From: Candidatus Omnitrophota bacterium
Lineage (GTDB): Bacteria; Omnitrophota; Gorgyraeia; Zapsychrales; Zapsychraceae
NCBI GenBank assembly: GCA_003528115.1
Contig: DOGZ01000014.1
Coordinates: forward strand, 66,466-130,465
Reading direction: 5' to 3'
DNA: 64,000 bases
The notes under the pieces were generated by a model, which saw nothing but the letters and a program-made list of their open reading frames with translations, did no database searches and was not told the origin of the DNA. This document shows positions 39,215 to 48,711 of the stretch, piece by piece. Position 1 is the stretch's first letter; each line of letters opens with the position of its first letter. The translations under genes were made by a program, and so were the position numbers.

Positions 39215-41506
39215 ATGGTGAGAAATATTTCATTCCTTATAGGACTTTCGCGTTTGGCGATCTGCTTCGTTGCAACCTTCTGTGCTTGCTCAGCGTACGG
39301 ACACTGTACGCCGCGCGGAGTTTATCCCGAGCTTTTCTCGGGACTCCTCGGTTGCGCCTCGAATTTCATCCAAACGCGAAAGTCCTACCTTAGAACGATA
39401 TCCGTTTTTTTCTTCGGTTTATCAATTTTTTTGTCGATTTTCCTGACGGGACACGCGTGGGCCCAATCTCCTAAAGAGTCTGTTGAATTAAACGGCGATA
39501 CGGTCGAATATTCGGTCGACGGCAATAAGGTAACGGCACAAGGAAACGTGGAGGTTGTTTATCAAGAGGTGCGGCTTATGTGTGATAGCGTGGAATTCTC
39601 CCGAGACACAAAGATGGCGTATGCCCAAGGCAATGTCCGTTTGGTGACAGGCCAGGGAGAGATCTCCGGCGATCGCATGGTCTTTAATTTTGAAACCATG
39701 AGCGGTGATTTTAACGGGGCGAAGATTTTTTCCAAGCCTTATTTCGGGCAAGCTAAAAAGATTTCTAAAAAGGAAGGCAACGAGATTGATCTGATTGAGG
39801 GCCATATGACCACCTGCGACCATGATAAACCGCATTTTAAAATGGTTTCCCGCAAAATAGAGATTTATCCGGGAGAAAAGATGGTTGCCCGTCGCAGCAA
39901 ACTGGTGTTAGGTAAGGTCCCGTTATTGTACCTCCCTAGGTTAACTCAGCGATTGGACGGAAAAAAGCCCCTGGTTGTTTTTACGCCGGGGTACAATAAA
40001 GAATGGGGGATGTTTGTTCTCTCCAAGACGTTTTTTCACATTAATGATAACCTCAAGGGATTTATCCGCGTCGATGCCAGGGAAAAAAGAGATGTGGCGG
40101 AAGGATTGGATCTTGAATATAAATCACCGAAGACGGGAAGCGGCCTTATCCGGACATACTACATGAATGAACGCAGGATCTCCGCCAAACGTTTTTATAA
40201 GGAACGCCCCACTCCGACCATCGAGAGGGAACGATTTAAAGCCGAATGGCGTCATAAGTGGAAGATCGATGACAATACCAATGCCATTTTACAGTATTAT
40301 AAATTAAGTGATAAAACACTTTTGAAGGAATATTTTGAAAGAGAGTTTGAGAAAGACAGCGCCCCGCAAACGTACTTTTTGTTAACGAGAAATTTGCCCA
40401 AAGGGACGTTCAGTTTCAGGACGGATGCCAGGGTTAACCGTTTTGAATCGGCGGTCGAGCGCCTCCCGGAAGTGCGCTACGATCTTTCAAATGAGAAAAT
40501 AGGGGAAACGGGGTTATATGTTAAAGATACGACGACCTTTTCTAATTTAACCTCCAAGACAGCCTCTCCCAGCGAAATCCGCAAAAAGACCCTGCGTCTT
40601 GACACGGAAAATGAGATTTCGTACCCCTTTAAGTTAGGATTTGTCGAATTGAAACCTTTTGTCGGGGGCCGAGAGACGTTTTACAGCAGGACGATCGATC
40701 CGGCGGAATACAACTCGATCCGTGGGATCTTCCGGACGGGATCAAGCCTGAGTACGAAATTTTACCGCCTTTGGGAAACCGAAACAGATGTCTGGGGCAT
40801 GGATATTCATCGTTTAAGACACATCGTGACGCCGACGGTATCGTATGTTTTTCAGGGGGACCCCACGATTCCGTCCTCCCATTTGGATTCCTTCGACAGT
40901 ATAGATTCTTTAAGTAATCAGCACTTCATTAATTTTTCTATTGAAAATAAATTGCAGACAAAAAGAGGGGGCGAGACGGTGGAATTGCTGCGCGCCATCC
41001 TAGGCACAGATTTCCATCTGAAGGAAGAGTCTACCAAGGGAGGTTTTGGAACCATAACTTCTGATATTGATTTCCGGCCCAAGGATTGGCTGACCTTGTA
41101 TTTTGACGCGGGTTATGATACAACAACGGATCGTTTAAGCACGGCCAACTTCGATTTGTATATTAACGGCAAAGACGACCGCTGGTCTTATGGCGTGGGG
41201 AAGAGGTTCAACTCAAATGCCGACGATCAACTGACCCAGGAATTAAAGTGGAAGATTAATCCCAAGTGGGCTTTGCGATGGTATCAGAGGTTTGATGTGG
41301 AGGCGGGTATTTTAAAAGAACAGGAATACACGATCCGACGCGATCTGCATGAATGGTTGATGGATATCAGCTTTAATGAAACGCGGGATGAGGGAGACGA
41401 AATCTGGATTATCTTTACACTCAAAGCTTTCCCGGATATCGCGCTGGACGTGGGCTCAGGGTTTAATGAACGCAAAGCGGGATCCCAGAGTGAAGATCGA
41501 CCGTAG
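39215..41506 (+). CDS. lptD: LPS-assembly protein LptD (OstA family); 5' end/start uncertain
   Basis: ~760 aa OstA-like organisation (N-terminal OstA domain plus large beta-barrel); the ORF's first ~60 codons are encoded by the MITE copy, so the true start is probably downstream, after ~39390. Confidence 0.7.
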   Translation: MVRNISFLIGLSRLAICFVATFCACSAYGHCTPRGVYPELFSGLLGCASNFIQTRKSYLRTISVFFFGLSIFLSIFLTGHAWAQSPKESVELNGDTVEYSVDGNKVTAQGNVEVVYQEVRLMCDSVEFSRDTKMAYAQGNVRLVTGQGEISGDRMVFNFETMSGDFNGAKIFSKPYFGQAKKISKKEGNEIDLIEGHMTTCDHDKPHFKMVSRKIEIYPGEKMVARRSKLVLGKVPLLYLPRLTQRLDGKKPLVVFTPGYNKEWGMFVLSKTFFHINDNLKGFIRVDAREKRDVAEGLDLEYKSPKTGSGLIRTYYMNERRISAKRFYKERPTPTIERERFKAEWRHKWKIDDNTNAILQYYKLSDKTLLKEYFEREFEKDSAPQTYFLLTRNLPKGTFSFRTDARVNRFESAVERLPEVRYDLSNEKIGETGLYVKDTTTFSNLTSKTASPSEIRKKTLRLDTENEISYPFKLGFVELKPFVGGRETFYSRTIDPAEYNSIRGIFRTGSSLSTKFYRLWETETDVWGMDIHRLRHIVTPTVSYVFQGDPTIPSSHLDSFDSIDSLSNQHFINFSIENKLQTKRGGETVELLRAILGTDFHLKEESTKGGFGTITSDIDFRPKDWLTLYFDAGYDTTTDRLSTANFDLYINGKDDRWSYGVGKRFNSNADDQLTQELKWKINPKWALRWYQRFDVEAGILKEQEYTIRRDLHEWLMDISFNETRDEGDEIWIIFTLKAFPDIALDVGSGFNERKAGSQSEDRP
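39240..39387 (+). repeat. MITE-like inverted-repeat element, copy A (terminal IR AGGACTTTCGCGTTTGG / CCAAACGCGAAAGTCCT)
   Basis: Near-identical second copy at 54780-54903; flanked by T...A; contains nested palindromes; copy A carries an extra ~24-bp hairpin insert. Confidence 0.75.
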
Positions 41507-41528
41507 TGTTGGAAAGAGGAAGGTTACA

Positions 41529-42851
41529 ATGGATATTGCTATTATAGGTTCGGGATATGTGGGGCTGGTGACCGGCGTCTGTCTGGCGCACATCGGCCAT
41601 CGGGTTATCTGTGTGGATAATAACCAGGAAAAGATCAAGAGATTAAGACAGGCTAAAATCCCTATTTATGAGCCGGGGTTGGATGAGTTGGTTAAGAAAT
41701 ATTTGAAGAGTAAGAGGCTTTCTTTTTCGACTTCCATCAAAGAGGCTACCCGAAAGGCGACGGTTATTTTTATAGCCGTGGGGACCCCCGCGCGGCAAAA
41801 TGGAGAAGCGGATTTAACGTACGTTGAGAATGTCGCCCGCGAGATCGCCCTGAATATGGATTCTTATAAGTTGATTGTCGAGAAATCGACCGTGCCCGCG
41901 GAGACAGGCAAACGCATTGAGCGCACCATAAAGTTGAATTTATCCAAGAAGTTCAGAAAAGGGAATAAAATCACCTTAGATTTCGACGTGGCCTCCAATC
42001 CCGAATTCCTGCGCGAGGGGTCCGCGATTCATGATTTTATGCATCCGGATCGAGTCGTGATCGGTGTGGAATCCAAAAAGGCGGAACAAATTTTCCGGGA
42101 GATCTATAAACCTTTAAAAACGCACATGATCGTCACGAATATCAGTTCCGCCGAGCTGATCAAACACGCCTCCAATTCGTTCCTTGCCACCAAAATTTCG
42201 TTTATTAATTCGATCGCCCAAATTTGTGATCACGTGGGGGCGGATGTCTTGAAAGTGGCTGAAGGGATGGGATTTGATAAACGCATCGGACGCCAATTCC
42301 TCGACGCGGGTATAGGTTACGGCGGCAGTTGTTTTCCCAAAGATGTGGAGGCCTTTATCCGCCTGAGCGAAAAAAGCGGGTATCATTTCAGCCTCCTCAA
42401 TGAAGTCAGGAATGTGAATGAATGCCAGAGAATTTCTTTTGTTAAACTTATCGAAGATAAATTATGGATTATTAAAGGGAAAAAAATCGGGATCCTGGGG
42501 CTGGCCTTTAAACCTAACACCGATGATATGCGCAATGCCCCTTCCATTGATTTAATCAATATGCTTCAAAATGAGGGGGCCCTCATTAAGGCGTATGATC
42601 CCAAGGCCATGCCCAATACAAAAAAGTGCCTAACAAAAGTGACGTACTGCAAGGATCCTTACGAATTGGCCAAAGGATGTGATTGTTTATTATTGGTCAC
42701 GGAGTGGGATGAATTCAAAGATTTGGATTTCAAGATGATCCGGCGGTTGATGAAGCAGCCTCTTGTATTCGACGGACGAAACTTGTATCATGACAAAAAT
42801 TTGAAAGAACTCGGTTTCGAGTATTATGGGATCGGACGTGGACAGATTTGA
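41529..42851 (+). CDS. ugd: UDP-glucose 6-dehydrogenase
   Basis: MDIAIIGSGYVGLV NAD motif; catalytic Cys region GYGGSCFPKD; start at ATG 41529 (ORF open from 41376, overlapping lptD). Confidence 0.85.
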   Translation: MDIAIIGSGYVGLVTGVCLAHIGHRVICVDNNQEKIKRLRQAKIPIYEPGLDELVKKYLKSKRLSFSTSIKEATRKATVIFIAVGTPARQNGEADLTYVENVAREIALNMDSYKLIVEKSTVPAETGKRIERTIKLNLSKKFRKGNKITLDFDVASNPEFLREGSAIHDFMHPDRVVIGVESKKAEQIFREIYKPLKTHMIVTNISSAELIKHASNSFLATKISFINSIAQICDHVGADVLKVAEGMGFDKRIGRQFLDAGIGYGGSCFPKDVEAFIRLSEKSGYHFSLLNEVRNVNECQRISFVKLIEDKLWIIKGKKIGILGLAFKPNTDDMRNAPSIDLINMLQNEGALIKAYDPKAMPNTKKCLTKVTYCKDPYELAKGCDCLLLVTEWDEFKDLDFKMIRRLMKQPLVFDGRNLYHDKNLKELGFEYYGIGRGQI

Positions 42852-42892
42852 ATCTTGAATCGCGCGTATAAATAATAAAAGAATAAAACGTT

Positions 42893-44194
42893 ATGTCACT
42901 GGCCCTGAAAAGAAAAATTCTGGAAAAAAAGGCGCGGATTGCCGTGATAGGCCTGGGTTATGTGGGATTGCCTTTGGCGGTGAATTTTGCCAAGGCCGGG
43001 TTTAAGGTTTTTGGCGTCGACACGGACACCGATCGCATTGAAAAGATCCGTCAGAAGAAGAGTTATATTCTCGATGTCCCGCAAGCGGATATCGTCCGCG
43101 TGGTTCAGCAAGGAACGTTCGAGGCTATGACGGAATTCGAAATATTGAAGACGGTCGATGTCATTATCATTTGCGTCCCGACGCCCTTGAAACGGAAATA
43201 CACCCCGGATATCACCTATATCCTTAGCGCCGTGCGGTCTATCCGGAAATATTATAAAAAAGACACCTTGATTATCCTGGAAAGCACCACGTATCCTGGG
43301 ACAACGGAAGAGTTGATTTTGCCTGAACTGCAGAAGAGCGGTTATCAATTGGACAAGGATTTCTATCTCTCTTTTTCGCCGGAGCGCATTGACCCGGGGA
43401 ACAAGAGATATGATGTGACAAGGATTCCCAAAATTGTCGGCGGCATGACGCCCAAGAGCGGCGCTTTGACCCAACAGCTTTATGAGAATATTATCGGGAA
43501 GGTGCATCTGGTCTCCTCGGCTAAGGCCGCGGAAATGACCAAGCTCTTGGAGAATACGTTTCGTATTATCAACATCGGTTGGGTGAATGAAGTGGCGATG
43601 ATGTGCCATAAACTCGACATCGACGTCTGGGAGGTGATTGACGCGGCCAAGACTAAGCCGTTTGGTTTTATGCCGTTTTATCCCGGTTTGGGCGTCGGCG
43701 GACATTGTATCCCGGATGATCCGCTGTACCTTTACTGGAAGGCCAAACATCACGGTTTCAGCTCAAAGTTTATAAAAATTTCCGCGGATATTAATTCCCA
43801 TATGCCTTTTTACGCGGTGGACCGGTTGAAGGAAGTTTTGGGGAAGAACAACAAGCAACTCAAAGGGGCTCACGTGTTGGTCATTGGGGTGACGTATAAA
43901 AAGGATGTCAAGGATTTACGCAAGTCTCCTTCCGTAAAATTAATCGAAATCCTTCAAGGACAGCATTGTCGCGTGGATTACTTCGATCCCATCATCCCGT
44001 ATCTGTCCCTCGGCGCCATTCAGGCCGTTTCGGTGAAGTTGACGAAAGAGGAGTTAAGAAAATATGATTGTGTCGTGATAGCCACCGATCACACGGGGAT
44101 CGATTATCCTTTGATTCGGAAGCACGCGCGTCTCATTTTTGATATCCGCAATGTTTATGGAGAGACGCGGGATAAAAAAATTGTTAAATTTTAA
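42893..44194 (+). CDS. nucleotide-sugar dehydrogenase (UDP-N-acetyl-D-mannosamine / UDP-GlcNAc 6-dehydrogenase family)
   Basis: IAVIGLGYVGLPLA NAD motif; catalytic region GVGGHCIPDD. Confidence 0.8.
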   Translation: MSLALKRKILEKKARIAVIGLGYVGLPLAVNFAKAGFKVFGVDTDTDRIEKIRQKKSYILDVPQADIVRVVQQGTFEAMTEFEILKTVDVIIICVPTPLKRKYTPDITYILSAVRSIRKYYKKDTLIILESTTYPGTTEELILPELQKSGYQLDKDFYLSFSPERIDPGNKRYDVTRIPKIVGGMTPKSGALTQQLYENIIGKVHLVSSAKAAEMTKLLENTFRIINIGWVNEVAMMCHKLDIDVWEVIDAAKTKPFGFMPFYPGLGVGGHCIPDDPLYLYWKAKHHGFSSKFIKISADINSHMPFYAVDRLKEVLGKNNKQLKGAHVLVIGVTYKKDVKDLRKSPSVKLIEILQGQHCRVDYFDPIIPYLSLGAIQAVSVKLTKEELRKYDCVVIATDHTGIDYPLIRKHARLIFDIRNVYGETRDKKIVKF

Positions 44195-44227
44195 CGCAAG
44201 AATTTTCTAAACGCGAAGGGCGCAGAT

Positions 44228-45181
44228 ATGGCACGAAAAAAAGTGGTCATGATAACCGGCGGGGCCGGTTTCTTGGGAAGTCATTTGTGTGACTGGTTTA
44301 TGAAGAAAGGGCTCAAAGTCATTTGTGTGGATAATCTCATCACAGGAAGCCTGGAGAACATCCGGCAGCATGCCAAAGACAAGAATTTTGAATTCATTAA
44401 ACATGATATCTCCAAAGAACTGCGTGTGGAAGGGCCGGTGGATTATGTCCTTCATTTTGCCTCTCCGGCAAGCCCTGTGGATTATTTGAATTTCCCAATC
44501 CCGACGCTGAAGGTCGGTTCTTTGGGTTCGCACAATATGCTGGGATTGGCCAAACTGAAGAAGGCCCGGTATCTTGTCGCCTCAACGTCTGAAGTTTACG
44601 GAGACCCGGAAGTCCATCCTCAGAAAGAGACCTATTGGGGGCACGTTAATCCTATCGGTCCGCGCGGGGTTTACGACGAAGCCAAGCGTTTTGCCGAGGC
44701 GATCACCATGGCGTATCATCGTTACCACAAGGTCGACACCAAGATCGTGCGTATTTTCAACACGTACGGCCCGCGGATGCGCATCCATGATGGACGGGTT
44801 GTTCCCAATTTTATTTTTCAGTCATTACGGAATCAACCCTTGACGGTTTATGGACGGGGAGAACAGACCCGGTCGTTTTGTTATTATTCCGATCTAATCG
44901 ACGGTATTACCCGTCTTCTGTATTCCGATATCCCGGGGCCGGTGAATATCGGCAATCCCGTTGAGTTTAAGATCATCGACTTCGCGAAGTTGGTAATTAA
45001 GCTTTCCGGGACCCGGAGCAAGATTGTTTACCGACCGTTGCCTGTCGATGACCCCAAACAGCGCAAACCGGACATCACCCTTGCCAGGAAGGTCTTGAAG
45101 TGGTCTCCCGACGTCAAATTGAGAGACGGCCTGGAGCAAACTATTCTGTGGTTCAAGAGCCATCTCCCCGCAGAACGCTGA
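44228..45181 (+). CDS. UDP-glucuronate decarboxylase (UDP-xylose synthase) family SDR
   Basis: [13 protein letters not shown] Rossmann motif, YDEAKR catalytic motif; follows ugd. Confidence 0.8.
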   Translation: MARKKVVMITGGAGFLGSHLCDWFMKKGLKVICVDNLITGSLENIRQHAKDKNFEFIKHDISKELRVEGPVDYVLHFASPASPVDYLNFPIPTLKVGSLGSHNMLGLAKLKKARYLVASTSEVYGDPEVHPQKETYWGHVNPIGPRGVYDEAKRFAEAITMAYHRYHKVDTKIVRIFNTYGPRMRIHDGRVVPNFIFQSLRNQPLTVYGRGEQTRSFCYYSDLIDGITRLLYSDIPGPVNIGNPVEFKIIDFAKLVIKLSGTRSKIVYRPLPVDDPKQRKPDITLARKVLKWSPDVKLRDGLEQTILWFKSHLPAER

Positions 45182-45246
45182 TTCCCCGGGTCCCCGTGAA
45201 CCGGCGTTTGCGCCGTTAAGGAAAACCATGCAAAGAGTGCGTCCAA

Positions 45247-46227
45247 ATGATGCGTTCCGGTAATATTCCCTCAGACAAATTATTAGCAATGTATGCCTCG
45301 CTGCTCAAGATCCGCCGGGTCCAACTCAAGATCGAGGAACATTATCATGAAAACGCAATGAAGACCCCCGTGCACCTTTGCCTGGGGCAGGAGGCGGTTT
45401 CCGTCGGCGTATGCGCGAACTTAAAGACACGAGATATGATCTTCAGCAATCACCGCAGCCACGGCCATTATTTGGCCAAGGGCGGAGATTTAAAAGCCAT
45501 GATGGCGGAACTTTATTGTAAAGAGACGGGGTGCGCGAAAGGCCGCGGGGGATCGATGCATCTGATTGATAAATCCGTCGGACATTTTGGATCATCCGCG
45601 ATTGTCGGCGGCGGCATCCCTCACGCGGTGGGGGCCGCGTTCGCCTTTAAGATGCGCAAAGAAGATCTTGTGGCCGTGACATTTTTCGGCGACGCGGCTT
45701 CGGAACAGGGCGTTTTTTATGAGAGCATGAATTGGGCGGCCCTCAAGAAACTGCCCGTCATTTTTGTCTGCGAGAATAATCATTATTCCGTGTGTTCGCA
45801 TATTGATGTCCGTCAGGCGAATTATGATATTTCCATGAGGGCCAGGGCTTTTGATATTCCCTCGATGAGGGTCGATGGGATGAATCTCCTGGAGGTGTGT
45901 GAGAAATCCCAGGCGGCTATTGAAATGGCCAGGGCTGGGAATGGGCCGTATCTCTTGGAGTGTGTCGTGCAGCGATGGCGGGCCCACGCCGGAGCCGGAG
46001 ATCCCCAAAAAGAACAGTATCGCAAGACGGAAGACATGGATGAATCCCGAAGGCGGGACCCTTTAAAGGATTTTACCGCTTATCTTCTGGATCATCGCGC
46101 GGCCGGCCAAGATCAGCTTGACGTCGTAGACCGGCAGATTGATCAGGAGATTGAAGCGGCGTTTCGTTTCGCCCGCGAAAGCCCCCTGCCGGATCCGGCG
46201 GGATTAGAGAAGTATTTATATTGCTGA
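45247..46227 (+). CDS. TPP-dependent dehydrogenase E1 component alpha subunit (acetoin/pyruvate dehydrogenase E1-alpha-like)
   Basis: TPP-binding motif GDAASEQG...CENNHYS. Confidence 0.8.
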   Translation: MMRSGNIPSDKLLAMYASLLKIRRVQLKIEEHYHENAMKTPVHLCLGQEAVSVGVCANLKTRDMIFSNHRSHGHYLAKGGDLKAMMAELYCKETGCAKGRGGSMHLIDKSVGHFGSSAIVGGGIPHAVGAAFAFKMRKEDLVAVTFFGDAASEQGVFYESMNWAALKKLPVIFVCENNHYSVCSHIDVRQANYDISMRARAFDIPSMRVDGMNLLEVCEKSQAAIEMARAGNGPYLLECVVQRWRAHAGAGDPQKEQYRKTEDMDESRRRDPLKDFTAYLLDHRAAGQDQLDVVDRQIDQEIEAAFRFARESPLPDPAGLEKYLYC

Positions 46228-46396
46228 ATTCCGGACTCCCGGAGTGTTCCATTATTTTTGCGCAAGTCAGGCCACTGTAACAGAAAGTATTGATTAAGTT
46301 TGTACCCTTCTTTAATCCTCCCCGCCGTGGGGGAGGAAGGGTGGGGGGTGAAAAAAATTAGGTTACAATGCAATAGAGTGCGCAGGTCAATAAAAA

Positions 46397-47440
46397 ATGC
46401 CTTGGACCAAAATACAAGTCGAAAAACAGGAACCTGTCTTTGACGCCAGTGAAGGGCAGAATGTCCGCAAATTAAGTTACGGCGAGGCCATCCGCGAGGC
46501 CTTGGATCAGGCCCTGGAACGCGATCCCCGGGTCTATGTGATGGGGCAGGGGATCAATGATCCCGGGGGCATGTTTGGATCTACCGACGGTCTTTATAAA
46601 AAGTACGGTCTGGAGAGGGTCTTTGATACGCCGCTTTCCGAGGAGGGCATCCTGGGGATGGCCATCGGATCAGCCATGGCCGGCTTGCGTCCGGTTTCCA
46701 TCCATAACCGGCCGGACTTTCTTTTAATGGGGATGGACCAGATCGTCAATCACGCGGCCAAATGGAGTTATATGTTTGCCGGTCAAGTTCCGATCCCTCT
46801 GGTGATCCGTGCCTGTATCGGACGCGGATGGGGATCGGCGGCCCAGCATTCGCAGGCCTTGCAGTCCCTTTTTGTTCACATCCCCGGCCTCAAAGTGGTG
46901 ATGCCCTCGACGGCTTATGACGCGAAAGGATTATTGATCACCAGTATCGCCGATAATAACCCTGTTCTGTATTTTGAACAGCGCTGGGTGTACAAACATC
47001 AAGGGTATGTGCCTGAGGATGTTTATTCGATTCCCTTCGGGGAAGGGGTCATCAAAAGAGAAGGGACGGATGTTACGATCGTTGCCGTTTCTCACATGGT
47101 GATTGAATCCCTGCGCGCCGCAGAGGAATTGGAAAAAAAAGGCATCAGCGTTGAGATTATCGATCCACGCTCTTTAAAGCCTTTGGATGATCAGTTGATC
47201 CTTAAGTCTGTGGCCAAGACCGGCCGGCTGCTGGTCTCTGATTTGAGCTGGAAGACCGGCGGGTTCAGCGCTGAAGTCATCGCGACGGTCGTCGAGAAAG
47301 GATTTCACTTTCTTAAGAAAGCCCCTGTCCGCGTGGCCTTTCCGGATATCCCCACGCCCGCGGGCCATGTGCTGGAAGAGGCCTTTTATCCGGGGGTCGA
47401 GGATATTATTGAAGCCGTCCGGAAATTGATGGGAAAATGA
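46397..47440 (+). CDS. TPP-dependent dehydrogenase E1 component beta subunit (transketolase-like)
   Basis: 347 aa E1-beta architecture; paired with the E1-alpha upstream. Confidence 0.8.
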   Translation: MPWTKIQVEKQEPVFDASEGQNVRKLSYGEAIREALDQALERDPRVYVMGQGINDPGGMFGSTDGLYKKYGLERVFDTPLSEEGILGMAIGSAMAGLRPVSIHNRPDFLLMGMDQIVNHAAKWSYMFAGQVPIPLVIRACIGRGWGSAAQHSQALQSLFVHIPGLKVVMPSTAYDAKGLLITSIADNNPVLYFEQRWVYKHQGYVPEDVYSIPFGEGVIKREGTDVTIVAVSHMVIESLRAAEELEKKGISVEIIDPRSLKPLDDQLILKSVAKTGRLLVSDLSWKTGGFSAEVIATVVEKGFHFLKKAPVRVAFPDIPTPAGHVLEEAFYPGVEDIIEAVRKLMGK

Positions 47441-48390
47441 TGCGAAGACATTCGAAGATCCTGATCGTCGGGCACGACGACATCGTGGAAAACGCGTTGG
47501 TGGAACACTTTCAGTCGAAGGGGTTCAGCCGTGTCTTTTCTTCCTCCGCGATGGCCATGGACACCACCATTCAAACATCGGTTTATGATTTCTTTTCTCA
47601 GCATCGTCCCGAGTATGTGTTTTTAGGATCCACCCGTTCGGGCGGGATTGAAGCGAATCGGACAAGGGGCGCCGAATTTATTTATCATAACCTCGAGAGC
47701 CAAAATAACATTCTTTACGCGGCGCATAAGTTTGGTGTTGAGAAATTGCTTTTCCTGGCGAGTTCCTGTGTCTACCCCAAAGATTGCCCGCAGCCGATAC
47801 GGGAAGAGTCACTTTTAACCGGGGAGCTGGAGAAGACCAGTGAGCCCTACGCCGTGGCCAAGATCGCCGGCATCAAACTCTGTCAGGCGTTTCGACGGCA
47901 ATACGGACTTAAAACGGTGGTGATGATCCCTGCGACGATTTACGGACCGGGAAGTGATATGGATATCCAGACCGCTCATGTCATCGGCGCTTTGATCGGA
48001 AAGTTTGAATCGGCGGTAAGCCATCATGAAAAACAAGTGACGGTCTGGGGGACAGGCACGCCTCGAAGAGAGTTTATCTATGTGGAGGATTTTGTTCAGG
48101 CCTGTCTTTTCTTAATGGAGCATTATGATCAGGAAGAGATCGTGAATGCGGGGTGCGGATACGATGTCACCATTAAAGAACTGTCCGAGATGGTCGCTGA
48201 GGCGGTTGGATACAAAGGAGATATCATTTTTGACAGTTCCAAACCTGATGGAACGGCCAAGAAATTATTGCATAACAGCCGGATCACAAAACTAGGCTGG
48301 CGGCCCAGGGTTTCTTTAAAAGAAGGCGTTGAGAAAACAGTCGCGTGGTTTAAAGAGGAAGTCAAACATCAGAAGCGTGAATTTTTATAA
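47437..48390 (+). CDS. fcl: GDP-L-fucose synthase (GDP-4-keto-6-deoxymannose 3,5-epimerase/4-reductase)-like, with degenerate N-terminal Rossmann motif
   Basis: Recalled resemblance to E. coli Fcl (e.g. LLFLASSCVYPK...EPYAVAKIAGIKLCQAF); ATG overlaps the E1-beta stop (ATGA). Confidence 0.75.
   Translation: MMRRHSKILIVGHDDIVENALVEHFQSKGFSRVFSSSAMAMDTTIQTSVYDFFSQHRPEYVFLGSTRSGGIEANRTRGAEFIYHNLESQNNILYAAHKFGVEKLLFLASSCVYPKDCPQPIREESLLTGELEKTSEPYAVAKIAGIKLCQAFRRQYGLKTVVMIPATIYGPGSDMDIQTAHVIGALIGKFESAVSHHEKQVTVWGTGTPRREFIYVEDFVQACLFLMEHYDQEEIVNAGCGYDVTIKELSEMVAEAVGYKGDIIFDSSKPDGTAKKLLHNSRITKLGWRPRVSLKEGVEKTVAWFKEEVKHQKREFL
48298..48378 (+). repeat. direct repeat copy 1 (native 3' end of fcl)
   Basis: ~80 bp repeated at 49654-49733 (1 mismatch) and, more diverged, at 51412-51469. 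Confidence 0.85.
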
Positions 48391-48465
48391 CAGTGTATTT
48401 TATTGGCGCTTTTTATTATTTAATCAGACTTCTTCAAGGGATTTAGAATTAAAAAAGGATGTGAA

Positions 48466-48711
48466 ATGCGTATCCCCCCTAATAAACAATTATTTTGGTT
48501 TCTTAAAGATACTGTCTCTTTAGATCTGTCTAAAACTTCAGACCTGGAGCTGTATGTACAACAGGTACTATCCAGAGGAAACCAAGAGGACGTCAAAGCC
48601 CTCTTAACTGCGGTTGATTTTGAACAATTTAAGCAAGTATTCTCAAGAATTAAACGATTTTTTCCCTGGGAGGTTCGGGCTTTTTGGGAGGATTTCATTG
48701 AAAATTATTAA
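48466..48711 (+). CDS. small hypothetical protein, candidate antitoxin of the downstream AbiEii-like gene
   Basis: 81-aa ORF whose stop overlaps the likely TTG start (~48695) of the nucleotidyltransferase gene; no recognised domain. Confidence 0.3.
   Translation: MRIPPNKQLFWFLKDTVSLDLSKTSDLELYVQQVLSRGNQEDVKALLTAVDFEQFKQVFSRIKRFFPWEVRAFWEDFIENY

Noticed and set aside
46228-46396. G-rich palindrome CCTCCCCGCCGTGGGGGAGG followed by GGGTGGGGGG between the E1-alpha and E1-beta genes, considered as an intrinsic terminator or G-quadruplex
   Set aside because: No U-tract follows the hairpin on the + strand, and the minus-strand orientation is wrong. The G-runs do not give four clean G3 tracts with loops. 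Left as an unexplained GC-rich spacer.
48329-48523. 64-aa + strand ORF starting MRKQSRGLKRKS, and the identical N-terminus of the ORF called at 51434
   Set aside because: This is an out-of-frame reading of the duplicated fcl 3'-end repeat. The real downstream gene starts at ATG 51488 (MKILVTGGAGYLG).
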